Assembly: GCA_013239625.1 (NCBI GenBank)
Contig: MU053645.1
Coordinates: forward strand, 922,274-986,273
Length of the DNA stretch: 64,000 nucleotides
Direction of reading: 5' to 3'
DNA from: Lama guanicoe
Taxonomy: Eukaryota
The notes below the pieces were generated by a model. That model saw only the letters and a list, made by a program, of their open reading frames with translations. It was not told the DNA's origin and did no database searches. Positions 26,833-40,585 of this stretch are shown in pieces. Position 1 is the stretch's first letter, and each line of letters starts with the position of its first letter. The position numbers were made by a program, and so were the translations under genes.

Positions 26833-28400
26833 TAAAAGATGTCCAGTTTTCCCACGGAGTTCTTTTAAGAATCAACACTCTCCATATGCCTTTCTTTTGG
26901 TTTTTCCTCTTCAGAAGCAGTTATTTAACTGTTCTTGAGTATGTTTGACTTGGGCTGTAACCAAGTTTCAACTTCCCTCTTCTGGTTAGTAACGGGATGT
27001 CTAGAAAGCCTCAAATAGAGACAAGACAATCATCACCTAATGATGAAACAGGTTGAGCCTCCTGCAGTCCAGCTTTCTTATCATGATCTGTTTATTATTT
27101 AGTGAATAGAGTGAAAGAACTCAGTCTCTTGGCAAATGATTACACTGAATAACTATTACCAAGGGCCTACAGAGAATGACTTTCTATAGAACAGATGAGA
27201 GAAGGGCTGTCCAGAATCCTGGAGACTAGATATACTATCACCTGAGTAGCCCAGGTGTTTCGTACAGACCACAGCAGAAGGCAGTGTTGGGAAGTCCGAG
27301 ATAAGGAATTGGCCTTAAGAAGACCCAATGTTAGGTAACATAGGACATCTCATCTGGTGGCTAGGGCCAATTTTTAGGATAGTTTGGGAGCCACAATTTA
27401 GTTGGTAGTGCCAGAAAGGCTCAGATACAGGGTCAGGAGAGCAAGGGGTGGGAACAAAGTTACTTAAACTTGGGCACCAGGCAAGGATTGGGTTAAAAGG
27501 AACAAGCAAGAGTAGATGAAAGCTGACTTGCTACTAGGCTAAGGGCTCCAATAGGTCTTCATAATTCCTTTGATTAGAGGCCAGATTGATCTTTAGGTGC
27601 TGGAGCAAGCTCGGGGTTAAAGTACACTAGCTGAGGAGGTTTATTTAAGGCAGAGAGGCAGCAAGTCAAGCTTGTGATTATAGCTGGAGTTCAACACTGA
27701 GAGATTCTTATAGTTAATAACTATGATTTAATTATAATCAACCTGTAGTTCTTTGGACTTTGAATAGCACACTGGAACTAGTGTAACTGTTGTCAACAAC
27801 AGGTGCCATTTCAAAGTAACCTTTAATGGTTAGAGTGCTTAAACATACCAGAGATTAGGCTCTCTTGAAAGCATATTAAAAGATTTCTTAATTCAAAGTT
27901 AATATTATTTTGTACTTCAGTAAATGTAGTTATTGATTAGCTGAGAGTGTTTCATTAGAAAAGCATCAAAGTTAATGAACGAAACATCGTACCACTTTTG
28001 AACATTAAAAAAAGAACACTTATACCAACAATGAGGCTACAGACTGATGGTATGATCAGTGTTTTCAGATTCCCAGAACTGTCTCAGGTAAATCTCTATT
28101 TTCAGTTGAATTGCTAACATTAAGTGATCAAAAAAAAAAAAACCCAAAATCTACAGCTATACATGGAAAGTGGGTTTCTAACTGTAATTCCATGGTGATG
28201 ACAAGTATTCTTTTCCTGGAGCTTAAGCTAGGTCAGGAAAATAATCTTCAGAGAGGAACTATTAGGAAATATGTAGCTTGCTGAGAGAATACATTCCATA
28301 TGAAAGGAATAGCACAATAAAATATACCCGTGCGTGATGTGGTAGGGAGTGAATCTACAACTAAGAGGTTTGAAGGAGGAACTAAAAGAAGATGAAGAGA

Positions 28401-28545
28401 GGGGACGGTATAGCTCAGTGGCAGAGTGCACACCTAGCATGCACGAGGTCCTGGGTTCAATCCCCAGCATCTCCATTAAATTAATAGTAAAACCTAATTA
28501 CCACCCTGCTGCAAGAAAAATTTTTTTTAAAATAAATAAAAGTAG
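28401..28545 (+). mobile_element. Full-length camelid tRNA-derived SINE (Vic-type)
   Basis: ggggacggtatagctcagtggcagagtgcacacctagcatgcacgaggtcctgggttcaatccccagcatctcc + 'aaacctaattacc' + A-rich tail; Pol III A and B boxes present. Confidence 0.92.
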
Positions 28546-29149
28546 AAAGAGCTGAAGAAGGATGGGAGAGCCACAGAAGAACAAAGATAACTTAAAGGAA
28601 TGAGAGACAGCAGAGAAATATGACCCAAGTAGTATGTGGAAAGGAAAAGGAACAGTATGAGTGGGAGAAGCAATAATGTTGAAGGAGAAGATTAAATGGT
28701 AGAAGACTCAGTAGGAAATTGAAAACACCATGAAATTAAACATCTGCCTTGTACACAGAGGAAAATGTCACTTGGCATTATCACCATCATAGGACAGAAT
28801 GTATGCTTGTACTAAGGCAAGCCTGGGGAAAACTTTTTAGGCCAGACTAAGTGAACATCAAGCAACATTAAAAAACAAAAGTAAACAACAAGTAACTTTC
28901 TATGACCTTAACTAGAGAATTTATTAAGAACATCTTCTTTGAGTTCCTTCTTTCACTTCCACAATGTTGTTGCAGAAAATTTTATGACTGTGCAGATTGG
29001 TCTCACTTTAAATGCATGGCTACAAATCTCAAATGTCACAAACACTGCCACCCAGAGATGTTCCTACACTTCCCTAGTATGTTTACTTTTGCCCTTTGGA
29101 AAAAAAAAAAAACAGTTTCACACCTTGTCCACTCTCCTCAAATTGCCTG

Positions 29150-30960
29150 CAATAGCTCATTTCACTGCCCCTCGCCCCTCCACACTCTCCCACCTCATGT
29201 ACACATAATCTCAGCTGATAATCTTGCCACACTCTCAGCCTGCTACTGCTACAGTGGATGCTGTGTCCCTGTATCCCTATTCCTAATAAAGAATTTAATC
29301 TAAATTTCTCAAGACGTCACGCTTACAATTGTCCCTTCTCTCTCCTGTGTTATCAATCCTTCCCTCTCTATGGGATCATTCCCCTCTGCATTTAAAATAA
29401 TCTAGTAGCTCTTATTTTAATGAAACACACAAGAAACTTATCCCTATTTAACATATTTTTCTCCAACTACTGTCCCATTTTTCTGCTCCTCCTTGAGGCA
29501 AATTTTGAAAGTGCCATCATATTCATTGCCTCCACCTCCTCACCCACATTTGCCCTCCAAACCCACTCCAGTGGGGCTTCTGCCACCATCACTTCACCAA
29601 GGCTACTTATGTCAAGGTCACTGATGACTCCTATATTACTGAATAGAATATTCACTTCACGTGATACAGTTGACATCTCCCTCCTTCTAGTAAGTATACA
29701 ACACTTTATACAGCTGCCTTTCTTCTGCACTACCAATTTTTTTTCTTCTAACCCACCAGACGTTCCTTCTTTATCTTTTTTGCTGGATTCTCCTTTTTTG
29801 TTCAACCTTGTCATGTGGTCATGTCCCAGGACTCTGTGCTTGGCCGACTTTCTTCCCCATAGACTATCACTGGGTGAGGCCATGTATTCCCACACATGGT
29901 GTTTATATCTACATACTTATGAACCCTAAATTTGTATCTCCAGCTCCAACCTCTCCCCAGAATTCAGTGTCTTATGTTCAATCACCCACTTAACTCATGA
30001 ACTTGACTATCTAACAAATAGCTCAAACTTGTATCTCCTAAATAGAACATTTGATTTCTACCCCTAACCAGAAACTGTCCCTCCTCTCCATCTTCATCTC
30101 ATGAAATGGTACCACCATATACACAGCTGTGAAAGCTAAAAACTCAAGGCTTCATTCTCTGAGAGCCACATATGTAACTTTAAATTTTCAAGGGGCTACA
30201 TTTTTTAAAGAATAGAGAAACAGGTGAAATTAACATTAATAATATATTTTGTTTAACCCAACATATCCAAAATATTGTCATTTCAATATGCAGTCCAACA
30301 GAAGATTATTACTGAGATATTTTACATTCTGTTTTTCACAGTAAGTCTTAGAAATCCAATGTGTAATTTACCCTCAGTACCTCTCAGTTTGAACCAGCCA
30401 TTTTTAATTGCTCAATAGTCACACGTGGGTAGTGCCTGACAAGTTGGGTGGTGAAGTTCTAGGGTATTTCCTTTGCACTTAGAGTAAAATCCAGAAATTT
30501 CTTTAAATTCACAAAACCACAGAGGAAACAACACTTGTCTACATCATCTCTACCTACCCTTTTCCCTTGCCCACATGGTCCAGCCATGGTGGCCTATCTG
30601 TCCCTCCAGCTTGCCAAGTTTTCCCTACCTTAGGTCTTTTACCCTTGGCAGTAAATCTTCCTTCGGATGGTCATCCCCAATCTTCATTTGACTGGTTCCT
30701 TCTTGTAACTCATATCTCAACTTAAACATCACCTCCTATCTAATCAAAAAGAAAACTCCTAGTCTTTTTAATTTTCAATATTTGTCAGTATCTGATAATT
30801 CCTAACTTAAAATTTTGTAGTCATTCTCCTCCCACTAGATATAAGCTCCCTGATCACAAGGACACTGCTGCCTTATTAGCTATTATATTCCTAGGGCCTA
30901 GAGCAGTGTCTAGTATATAGTAGGCACTCAATAAATGTTTATTGAATGACTAAGTAAATT
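29150..30960 (+). mobile_element. Long LINE-2 remnant interrupted by a MER33-like element
   Basis: 'cttatgtcaaggtcactgatgactcc', 'aaatttgtatctccagctccaacctctcccc', and 3' end 'gcagtgtctagtatatagtaggcactcaataaatgtttattgaatga'. Confidence 0.85.
30158..30458. mobile_element. MER33-like hAT-Charlie DNA transposon
   Basis: 'agaaacaggtgaaattaacattaataatatattttgtttaacccaacatatccaaaatattgtcatttcaa...tgctcaatagtcacacgtgggtagtg'. Confidence 0.82.
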
Positions 30961-31149
30961 CATTCAAGGCATGATATTCTCTCCATAGCCAACTCTTTGT
31001 TATATCCTTAAGAAACAAGCCAATTGGCTTTGGCATGACTACATATTGGCATGTATGCTAGAATCAAAGAAGATGTCACTTCATGTGAAAAATAATAACC
31101 ATTCTCAGTCTGTCCATAGCTCATTTCCACTTATCTTGCAAGTTTGAGC

Positions 31150-31390
31150 CTAAATATTTCCTCCTTAGGGAAGCATTGTCTGATCCTATAGACTATTTTC
31201 CCCCTACTGTTTGTACCCAACATATTCTCCTTTATATTACTCCTCATACATTTAATTACTTGTTACATGCTTATGGACTATATTCTCCGTGAGGGCAGAG
31301 GTTGTGTTGGTTTTTTTTTATAATCTCTTTATCTAGTACAGTGTCCAGCATGGAGCAAGAGCTCATTAAATTTTGCTGGATTGAATTAAA
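31150..31390 (+). mobile_element. LINE-2 3' fragment
   Basis: 'ctccgtgagggcagagg...ctagtacagtgtccagcatggagcaagagctcattaaa'. Confidence 0.7.
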
Positions 31391-32194
31391 CTGACCTGGC
31401 TGACACTGGCACTGAGGCTAGTAAGTCTGAACCTCAATATATACTTGCTTATTGAGTGAATTTAAGTTCCAATTATGAAAGAAAATTGAACTGTCATGTT
31501 TGTAGGATGACTCTAGGACAGGAGAAAAACATTAAAGCATACAACTATATATTGCTCTGGTAGCAAAACTTCCCCTTCTTTTATTAACCTAAATTAAGAA
31601 TCTGATATTCAGACATTTCATTTCAGAAAATTTGAGAAGGTTCAAGCCACTAAAATAGCCACATAAGTGAGTGGTCGGGTAGATATGTCTCTACTTAATT
31701 TAAAATAGTGTCCTGTTTGGAACTCTGCAGGTTGCTAGAGAAATAATAAAATGGTGACACCCTTTCAGGAAGAGAGCTAAGAGGGATCAAAGCCAGCTTA
31801 TGGGTGGCAAAGAAGATAATCCTCTATCACATGAAGGATTGATCTCTTTCAATATGAAAGGAGACTAGCTCTGACAGATGTCAATACATAGAAAAGTAGT
31901 ACTTCCTGCTTCTATCATAAAGATCAGTTGGAGCAAGTGCCTTAGCTCTTGAGACTGTTTGAACTCCATGGCAGAAACTGCAACTAGAAGACTACTCAGT
32001 TCAGCCTGACTGCCTGCCTTTACTTACTTTTTCTTGATAATTAGCTGATAAATTAGTAAGGACATTTTATGAAACAGATCAATGTTTCTGAGTACAATAC
32101 CCTAACACTAGGCACAGGTCATCATATTCTTATGCCACTGAGATAAACCTGCACTGTTCTCTTTTTGATCAGCAGGTTTTATAATTAATAAGTT

Positions 32195-32540
32195 ACTTTT
32201 CACAAATATTTATTGATCATGTGCTATGTGCCAGACACTTTTCTAGACATGGAGGATACAGTAGTGAACAGAACATATAAAAGCCCCAGCCTTCAGGAGG
32301 CTTCTATTCTAGTGAAAAGAGACAGAACAATTAGATAAACCAATAATTATGGAGCATAATATAAGGGTTATAAAGAGGAGTAAAGCAAGGTAAGAGGACA
32401 GAGAGTGATGGTGAGGGTAGGGGGTAATTACTGTAGATAATGTGCTCAAGGAAGGCCTCCCTGAGGAGGTATCATTTGAACAGAGACCCAAATACAATGG
32501 AGAAGAAAGTCAAGAGAATTGCTGGGGCAGGGAGTTTTAA
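32195..32540 (-). mobile_element. LINE-2 3' fragment
   Basis: 'cacaaatatttattgatcatgtgctatgtgccagacacttttctag...ggaaggcctccctgaggaggtatcatttgaacagagacc'. Confidence 0.88.
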
Positions 32541-33084
32541 AAAGAGGAAAAAAAGCTTTTCTGTTGATATTTTGCTCAAGGCTAAAGCTTTGAATGCTCT
32601 AGAACAATTTTCAGTAGCATTTGGGGAGCCTTCCAAGCCTTCCTCTGTGCCCCTCTTCTGCTTGGGAAGTCTAAAATGTTCAGGCTTTTTTTTGTCCCCG
32701 TCTAGACCAGGTACCCAGAGGAAAGCCGTCTGGCTTCCCAGCCATATGACTGGAGCCTATTTATTCTTGCTCTTGTGTATTAAGCACTGGCATTACAGAT
32801 CTTCCCTCAAGAAGATCACACTTGTTTCCTTGGGGATGGGTTTGGACTGTAATACACTTTTCTTAAGCCCTTTTGGCCAAAACCCTTAAAATCACCTGAC
32901 TAGGAACATTTCTTCAATTCAACTGTGCATCTCCAAAGCTTCATCCCAGTGTCCTCAGAGTAGATGGCTTTGATTTTGGATTCTTGGCCTGATAATGGCT
33001 TAAATATGATCTAGCCATTTGAACTATGTGAAATTTATTATGGGGGTTAAATTTTGCTCTTGTTGTTTGCTTGTTTTACATTTT

Positions 33085-33610
33085 TAGGGGGTATCATTTT
33101 TAAGAAGTGAAATGTACAGATCTTATGTGTATAGTTCAATGAGTTTTTTCCAAGGCATAAACCTGTGTGTCCCATATCCCAGTCAAGTTAAATGGTATTT
33201 TTATCACCCCAGAAATTTCCTTTCTACCCTTTCTAGTCAATCCCTCTCCAGAGGTAACCACTATTTTGATTTTTTTTCCCCAACACAGTGCAGTTTTGCC
33301 TATATTTGAACTTTACATAAATAGAATCATACAGTGTGTACTCTCCTGTGCCTGGATTCTTTCATTCATCTTTATGTCTGTGAAATTCATCCATTTTGTG
33401 TGTATTAGCAGTTTATCTCTTTAAATTGTGGAGTGGAATTCTATTTTATGAACACACCACAATTCATTTACTTATTGATAGAAGTTTGGATTCTTTCCAA
33501 TTTGGGGCTATTATGAGTAAAGTAGCTATAAACATTTGTGAAAAAGTCTTTCTGTGGACATGTTTTCATTTTTCTGGGGTAATTATCTAGGAGTGGAAGT
33601 TGGATCATAA
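33085..33610 (-). mobile_element. Old LINE-1 3' fragment (L1MC/L1ME-like)
   Basis: 'gaggtaaccactattttga...aatagaatcatacagtgtgtactc...ttccaatttggggctattatgagtaaag'. Confidence 0.85.
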
Positions 33611-33734
33611 GGTATGAATGGATTAATAATTTTAATGTATACAAAATTTTGGCTCTGAAGCCAGACTACCTGTTGGTAATGGTATGAACCTTCTTCTGAG
33701 TCTTGACTCTGGCTGACAACACACTCTATTAAGA

Positions 33735-33970
33735 TAGTATAGCATAGTGGTAATGAGTAAGTTTTCTAGAATCGGACTGCCAAAGTCCATATCTTGGCCC
33801 CATTACTTAAAAGTTGTGAGGCCTTGGGTATATTATTTAATAACCCTGGACCTTGAATTCCCTGTATGTAAAATACACTTGTTTCATAGGGTTGTGTAGT
33901 GAGAATTCATTGAGATATCCTCTGCAAAAGTAGTTAGTACAGTGCCTGGGAGCTTTATAAAATTTAAATT
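33735..33970 (+). mobile_element. MIR SINE
   Basis: 'agtatagcatagtggtaatgag...tagtacagtgcctgg'. Confidence 0.8.
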
Positions 33971-35299
33971 AATGTTGACTTGGGGGTTGAGGAGACTTAA
34001 GTTCTACCTGCACTTGCCTGAATGCCTCAGTGAGTTATAACATCAAAAATGAAAGGCAACCATATACCAAAAGGTAAGTAGTTAAATCACAGTGAAAGAC
34101 CAAACTGAGCTTAATAGGCAACAAAATTTAAGTTAAATGATCTCCATTAAATAATATTGCATCACCAAATGTTGATTAATTTTTCACCTTTACCCTTCAG
34201 ACGAACTTTATCTTCAGCAATACTGTATTTTCTTGTTAAATTAGATTGGCATATATATATATACGTGTGTGTGTGTGTGTGTCTATTCACACTTCCTTGT
34301 GAGTAAATCGTTGACATTCACGGGGGTACCAATAATAACAGTTGAACTTGTAAAATTTTCATATAAGGATCAATTCAACATCATTAGGGACAATAAATGT
34401 CAGACTCAAGTATAAAGATGCCTAAACTATAAGAAACATTTTACTACTTGGCAATTAATCATTTATATACGTTTTACTTATCAATTTCAATAAAATCAAT
34501 TTCCCGACTCTCTCTGCTGAATATAGTTTTGGTTAGCTAGCATTAGGTGATGAAAAAATAAATGTACAAATATCAGGGGAACTTTTCTTTCCTTTCAAGT
34601 GATTCTACCAAGTTTGCAATATCAAGGTACTCAGCTGTTTGATTTCATAACTGCAGCAAATGCCAGGGCCGCAGTTCAAAACAGGTGATGACGACCTTTG
34701 ATTTCATTTCCAAAGGAAATTGTTATCACTGATGCTGCTGAGGACTCTAACTCAAGAGAAACTGAAAATCTAAAATCTAAAATTAAAATTTCCTATTCTT
34801 CTTCAAGCTAAACCATTGAACAGTATCACTTAAGTTAGGGGTGGCCCTCATATTGGTATAACCTTTCCTTAATGACACTACTGGTGATATGAGAAGTCAA
34901 TATTCTTTCTCTAACAAGCCATGGGGGCCATGTTGGAGGCTGCCATCTCTCTTGATGTCATCCTCAAAGGGTAGGAAAATGAGCCCCATGCCCCTGCATT
35001 TGGGTAGCCCTCTAACTACACTCTGAAGCTGTAATGTATGGATGCATTGAAAATCACTGTATCTTTCAACCATCATATCCTGGAAAATGTTCCAAATTCC
35101 TGTAAAATAAAAAGCACTCAAAATTCTGGAGAATAAAAAAAGCTCAGATGAAGTAACTGTGCATGCCACAAACAGCTGTACCGCTTTTATGGGCTTATTT
35201 AACCTGTCAGTTATTAACTGAGTTAGGTGCACCCTTCTGTGTACCTCCTCTGTACTCCTTTAACTCCCCGGCTTACCTCTATTATAGTACTTACTACAC

Positions 35300-35920
35300 A
35301 GCTGTCAGTTTGATTTTTTCCTAAAATGCGAATCTCATTATGTCACTCCCTGCTTAGCATCCTTCAGTGGTTTCCTGCTGTTTCCAAGGTAACATGCAGA
35401 CTCCTTACTTTGGCCTCCAAAGGCCCTTCATGATCTGGCTGTTGTTTATCTTTCCAGCACCATCTCCTGCACCATCTCTTTTCCTTCCATCCCCAGTATT
35501 AGCCAAACTGGCCTACCTGCAGCTCCTGCAAGAAGCCACACTTGTATCTCTTGATGCCTTAGCACATATTTTTCCTGCTAATTTGAATGCCTTTCCTCCA
35601 TCTCAGTCCAACTGGCCAATCCTCCTTATTTTTAAAGATTCGACTCTAGTGACATTTCTTCTAAGATCATTTTTGGTTTTGCTCACATACGACCAGTAAC
35701 TCAACCCTGCATAAAATGCAGACGGCTCTCCACTGCTCTCCCTGAATAATATTATCACAGCACTCGAATCTTTCACAAGAGTGGAATTTCCTCACTAGTC
35801 TCCCCCACTATGCTGTGAGCTTGTGATAGGCAGGGACGCTAGTTTATAAGTTTCTGTATTCCTTACAGCCTGTCTCAGTGCTTAGCTCAAAGTGGGTGTT
35901 CAAGAAACGTTGAACAATGC
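35300..35920 (+). mobile_element. LINE-2 fragment
   Basis: 'tcattatgtcactccctgcttagcatccttcagtggtttcc...aaggcccttcatgatctggc...ctgtgagcttgtgataggcaggga'. Confidence 0.8.
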
Positions 35921-38900
35921 AACAAAGGGAGGAAAACACACCCTTGAAATTCCAACTGATGCACTCATTTCTATTTTTGAGCTCTTAATAGACATAGCTT
36001 TGACCTGTAAACCTTCAACATGAACAAGTGGAAACACTCTGGGCCCAATTCATTATCACCTGTGACTCTCTGGACAGTCAGCTGTTTTCCTGCCTATTGG
36101 AAGGCAGTCCTCTGGCATTCTGTCAATTCTTTGAAAGGTTTTCTGGCCTCCTGTCGATGTTCTGGTCACCATCTCAATTTCCTCTTGGGTCCTGATTCTA
36201 AGATTTTTATCCTTCCTCTGGCCACTGGGTGGACCCCTCTCCTGAGTCTCTCTTTGACCAACTCAAGTAACTTGTCTGGTCCCTTGATCACTGATCCCCA
36301 GGCTTGTATAACATGAACTATTTCTTTGACCAGATTGTTTATTAACTTAAATGTGCTAATATATTAACATTAAAAAAAAAAAACAGTGAACCACTGAATA
36401 GAACCCAAAGTAGTATGTCTGGAGCCATAAAGCTCAAGGCCTTCAGTAGCAATCAGTCTCCCCATTCATTGCTCCCCAGTAACAACATTTCCTTAAACTT
36501 ATAAGGAAAAATTCTGTTCTAACGTCTGCTGCTGCCTATTCTCATGTATTCTGTCACTTTATGTGTTTTTTTCCCCAACCAGGCTTCACTGGAGCTAATA
36601 AGGTCAAACATTCCTATTAAAGTATTTTTTTTCTCTAATAGGCCCTAAACATCTTGTAGGGGGAGGCCAGTATCCCTGCAGTAATCTCAATTCCAAAAAA
36701 GATGTGTTTAAACAGCTTCAGAAGTAGGATGCATCTGGAATAAAACAGCTGTTGACCTTTAAGTATAATTTTGTAACACAGGTCTTTCCACTGCTACTGA
36801 CCTCAAAGCAGGTATCAAATAATGCATTTGCCTTATTGAAGAATAATTTGCAATATGCTTTAAAGGTCTTCTCCCTCTCTTGGGCCACTGACGTTTTCGT
36901 GCTTTTGAAGAGTATTCAGTGTCTGCTGTATTTTTATAATCCCTAAGTCACCTTATACTCTTTTGCAACATCCACTGTATCTCATGATTTGCTGTGGAGA
37001 TTAGTGCATTATTGATACTTTTCCTTTCATATACCTTGTAAAGAAAAAAGAAAAAAGCAGCATGGATGCAGGACTGTTTCAGTGTCATTTGGAAATCTCT
37101 CATTATGTACTGCTACCATTTTTTAAAAATATATCCATCTCATAGAGGGAGTTGGAGGTGGGGAAGTCATTTGTAAAATGTTATACAGTTTTATTTGCAT
37201 GAATCAAATAAGGAAGAAACTTCTAAATCTCTCAGTAGTCAAGCAAAATAGTAACACTTTCCTGGGATTTTTAAACCACACAAGGAAAGACATGACTGCA
37301 TCTTTTTACATCTTATACCTGGAGAAATCATCAAAACTTTCTATTATGAGTAATGAGATGTGCATTGGTCTTAAGTGTGTCAACCTATGACATAGATTTT
37401 GGTGATGTAGGAAGGAGAATTCATCCTTGACTTAGCAACAACATCCAACTGCCTACTACAGAAAACAATTGTGACTGAAGTGACTCTCACATTTGTTTTC
37501 TGTACTAGGTACATACGATGGCCAAGAGCCAAATTGTTTCTAACTTCTGCACAGCAAACAAGGAGTGATGAATTAACTACTGAAACACGAACCAGAACAG
37601 GGGAACTTAAGCAATGCTTCTAACTCCTTTAAAGGCAAGAGAAAAAATAGAAGATACAGCAACTGATTCTTATACCACATATAATAAAATGAAAGAGATG
37701 AAGGAAAAATGCAAGAGAGGATGACATAATCAGTTTAAATATCTAGTCTGAGATGATTCAGGAAAACAGGTATAGACTTAGTTAAAACTGACTTTAGGGT
37801 TTCCATCTGAAATCCAGACTAGAAAGGATATTTAAACAGTTTCAAACCAATTCTGTGATGAGAGAACATAGTCATAGGGCCATTTCACCCCCAAACGTAA
37901 AATATCTCAAATATTGGAGGGTAAAAGGTATTGTACAAGAGTACAATGTAACAGGTGTGATACTTGTCCCAGGAGAAGACATAGTCCCAGGGAAAAAAAG
38001 CTGCCCATGATACACAAACAGGAGTCTCAGAGAAGTGAGACTTATCCTTGCCAATAGTGTGATTCTTTACTCTTCCACATACTGCTTATTCCCAGAATCA
38101 AGTACAAACTATGCATTCTGAGTCTGTCTCCCAGGTATGATGGGACACAGGGCCATCCACACTAACTCACCCAGTCCTCTTCAGGACTAGAAGTGAAGAT
38201 GACCCATTCTAGCGGACATTATAAAAATGCCAGAGTATTCAGTACCCAAAGTACAACAAGAAAGGCCAAACCCTATGGCTTCATCTGCCAACAGGGCTCA
38301 AGATGTGCATCCCTGGATCCTGCAGTGAAAGTAACTACAGGGGAGTGAAAGCGCTAATACATTTCTTATACACAGCACTTGAAGGTCACCAGGATTTTCT
38401 GAGGAAAGGTCTATACAATTTGTCCACTGACTTCTAACTGTGTCCCCGTGGCTGCGGTGAGACATCCGTAATTGACATTTGCCTCTTCAGCCAGGCAGGA
38501 AAAGAAGAACAATAAAGTAATAAAATGGGAGAAATCTAATTCACTTTATAAAAACTCACTTTGTGGTCAGCTCTGGAAAAGACTCTATAACACCTTAAGC
38601 ATAGTACAAACAGTGTGAGCAGGTCCCCTATCACCACATTGTCTGTAAGCATGTAGATCAGAAAATTCTATGTCCGTAGTCACTAAAAATCACATACCTG
38701 AGGTCAAAGGGTAAATCAGTGAATTTGTTGGACACACAGTTTTGAAAACATAACTTCTCAAAAGCATTTTAGTACATGTGGAGTGCATGTTTTTAAATTA
38801 AAAAAAAACAGGCTTTAAGAAAAGTACAATTAAAAGTAAAACAAAAAATATTTTAAGCAGTAGTATTGTCACCGTAACTTCTCTGACACTCAAGGCTTAA

Positions 38901-40240
38901 CTAGAATGCGATCAAAGATCATGTGCTAACAAAAGATGGCAAAGCCTCTATATTGGTGCCTTTCTATCAATAAAGCTATAATGAAATGACCTGCAGTATG
39001 CATGTGACTTCAGTCTTTGATGCACATAAAAATAGAAAACTACATCCAGTTCTCTGTGAAAGACTACTATTAGGATGCATAGAAACTACGATGTCCTGAA
39101 ATTCATTTATAAAATTTTACATAACCAGGCATTAACTCCTAAGTAGAAATCAGTCCCAATGTCTTAGTGTTTAGTGAGCAAGTAGCAAATTTAACCTTGG
39201 TAAATTAAGCTAACCTCAACATTGCTACCTAAGCATGTTGGTGACAGCTGTCAATTCAGAAGCACTTTATAAAAATTGAAAGATGACAAGAAAATGCTGA
39301 GTGGATACGACAGTGATGACAAAAATTTGCTAAGGCACGTATCCCTGTAGGCAATGTCTCCGCACCACAACAGATGGCCAGTGGTCGGGGAAAACTACTG
39401 AAACCAGAACTTGGGAAACTTATACTCTTCATTCTGGGAGACTAAGGACTTAATATGGAACATTTGCCCAAATCTCTCAAAGCAGAGCTTGGTCTTAGAG
39501 TCTCATGGATGTTGGCAAAGGTGTTTGTACAATGCCTTTGGTTGGCAAGGTAAACTAAAGCATCTAGAAAGAAAAACACTGAAATTTTCCACTAATACTC
39601 TACCAATTTTATCAGACACGCTTCACTGTGGAGGCTGGGCTATCATGCCTATTGCCTGGGGAGAGAGACATCACGCAGGTAATGAGTGGTCCACTGAGAA
39701 GTACACATGCAGGTCAGACTCATTTGTACTTGCTGTCACAGAGCAGCCGAGGGCTGTTCTGCGTCATTCAGTGGGGGCCACCTTGACCCCCAGGCACTTT
39801 GCTCTTGATGAAGCTACAATGTGGACCACCTCTGAGGGCAACAATTCTGAGCAGTAAAAGGAAGGGGGCAAAAATAGGAGACCACCAGTGATCTAACCAA
39901 ACAATGAGAGTGCCTGAAAATTTTCATTTAGGACCTAATTGGATAAAGGGCACAGAGCAAGGAAAAGAAAAAAAAACCTCACTGATTAAATAAGTAAAGA
40001 ACAGTACATTTTCATAGTTGAGAATAGCACAGCTGTATTCATGAACAGTATGCTCTCTATTCTATTTCAATCCCTAATTGTTCAATTTTTCTGCATTATA
40101 CTCAATTTATAAACTATCTCAAAGTCTTCTGAAAGAAATCAGGGTATAAATTCCAGATAAACAAGTTACTGCCACTACCCTGTGTACTTGCCAGAAGCCT
40201 GTGCTATCCCTCAAGCTTTTCAAAAGCTGCACTGACTCAC

Positions 40241-40585
40241 ATCCCTGGAGCACCATTTCCCACGTTCAAAGGGTCATTCCCCTGCACAGCCGGGACTGCT
40301 GAGTAAGATACCTGCTCACAGGCTGGGGCAACGATGTGCTTATTGTCGAAAAAGTCAGTGAAATCCATTTCAAAATGGACCATATTCCTTACCACCAAAA
40401 TGTGAAGAGATGGGGATGGAGAACAGACTGCTACATGGGAGACTATGGGGAACAAGGTCCCTATTTGCGGAGCGCTGCTTTGCCAAGCGAAATATATCAT
40501 ATCAGCACAGTGCCTGTGAGGCTGACGGACATTACACATGCGTTGTATGCCATTTCTTAATGCTTTGTTGCAACCAGAAAATTCC
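40241..40585 (-). other. Candidate 345-nt symmetric coding exon or constrained element (product unrecognised)
   Basis: attattcttctgcag| ... |gtgagt bracket exactly 345 nt with one fully open frame (phase 2-2): EFSGCNKALRNGIQRMCNVRQ...NDPLNVGNGAPG. About 9 CpGs; no repeat signature. Competing plus-strand readings exist (see findings). Confidence 0.3.

Noticed and set aside
28401..28474. tRNA-like sequence with A and B boxes
   Set aside because: It is the head of a camelid SINE with its characteristic tail, not a tRNA gene.
29420..29929. Longest ORFs in the window (169 aa plus strand, 142 aa minus strand)
   Set aside because: They fall within an ancient LINE-2 remnant and show no recognisable intact domain.
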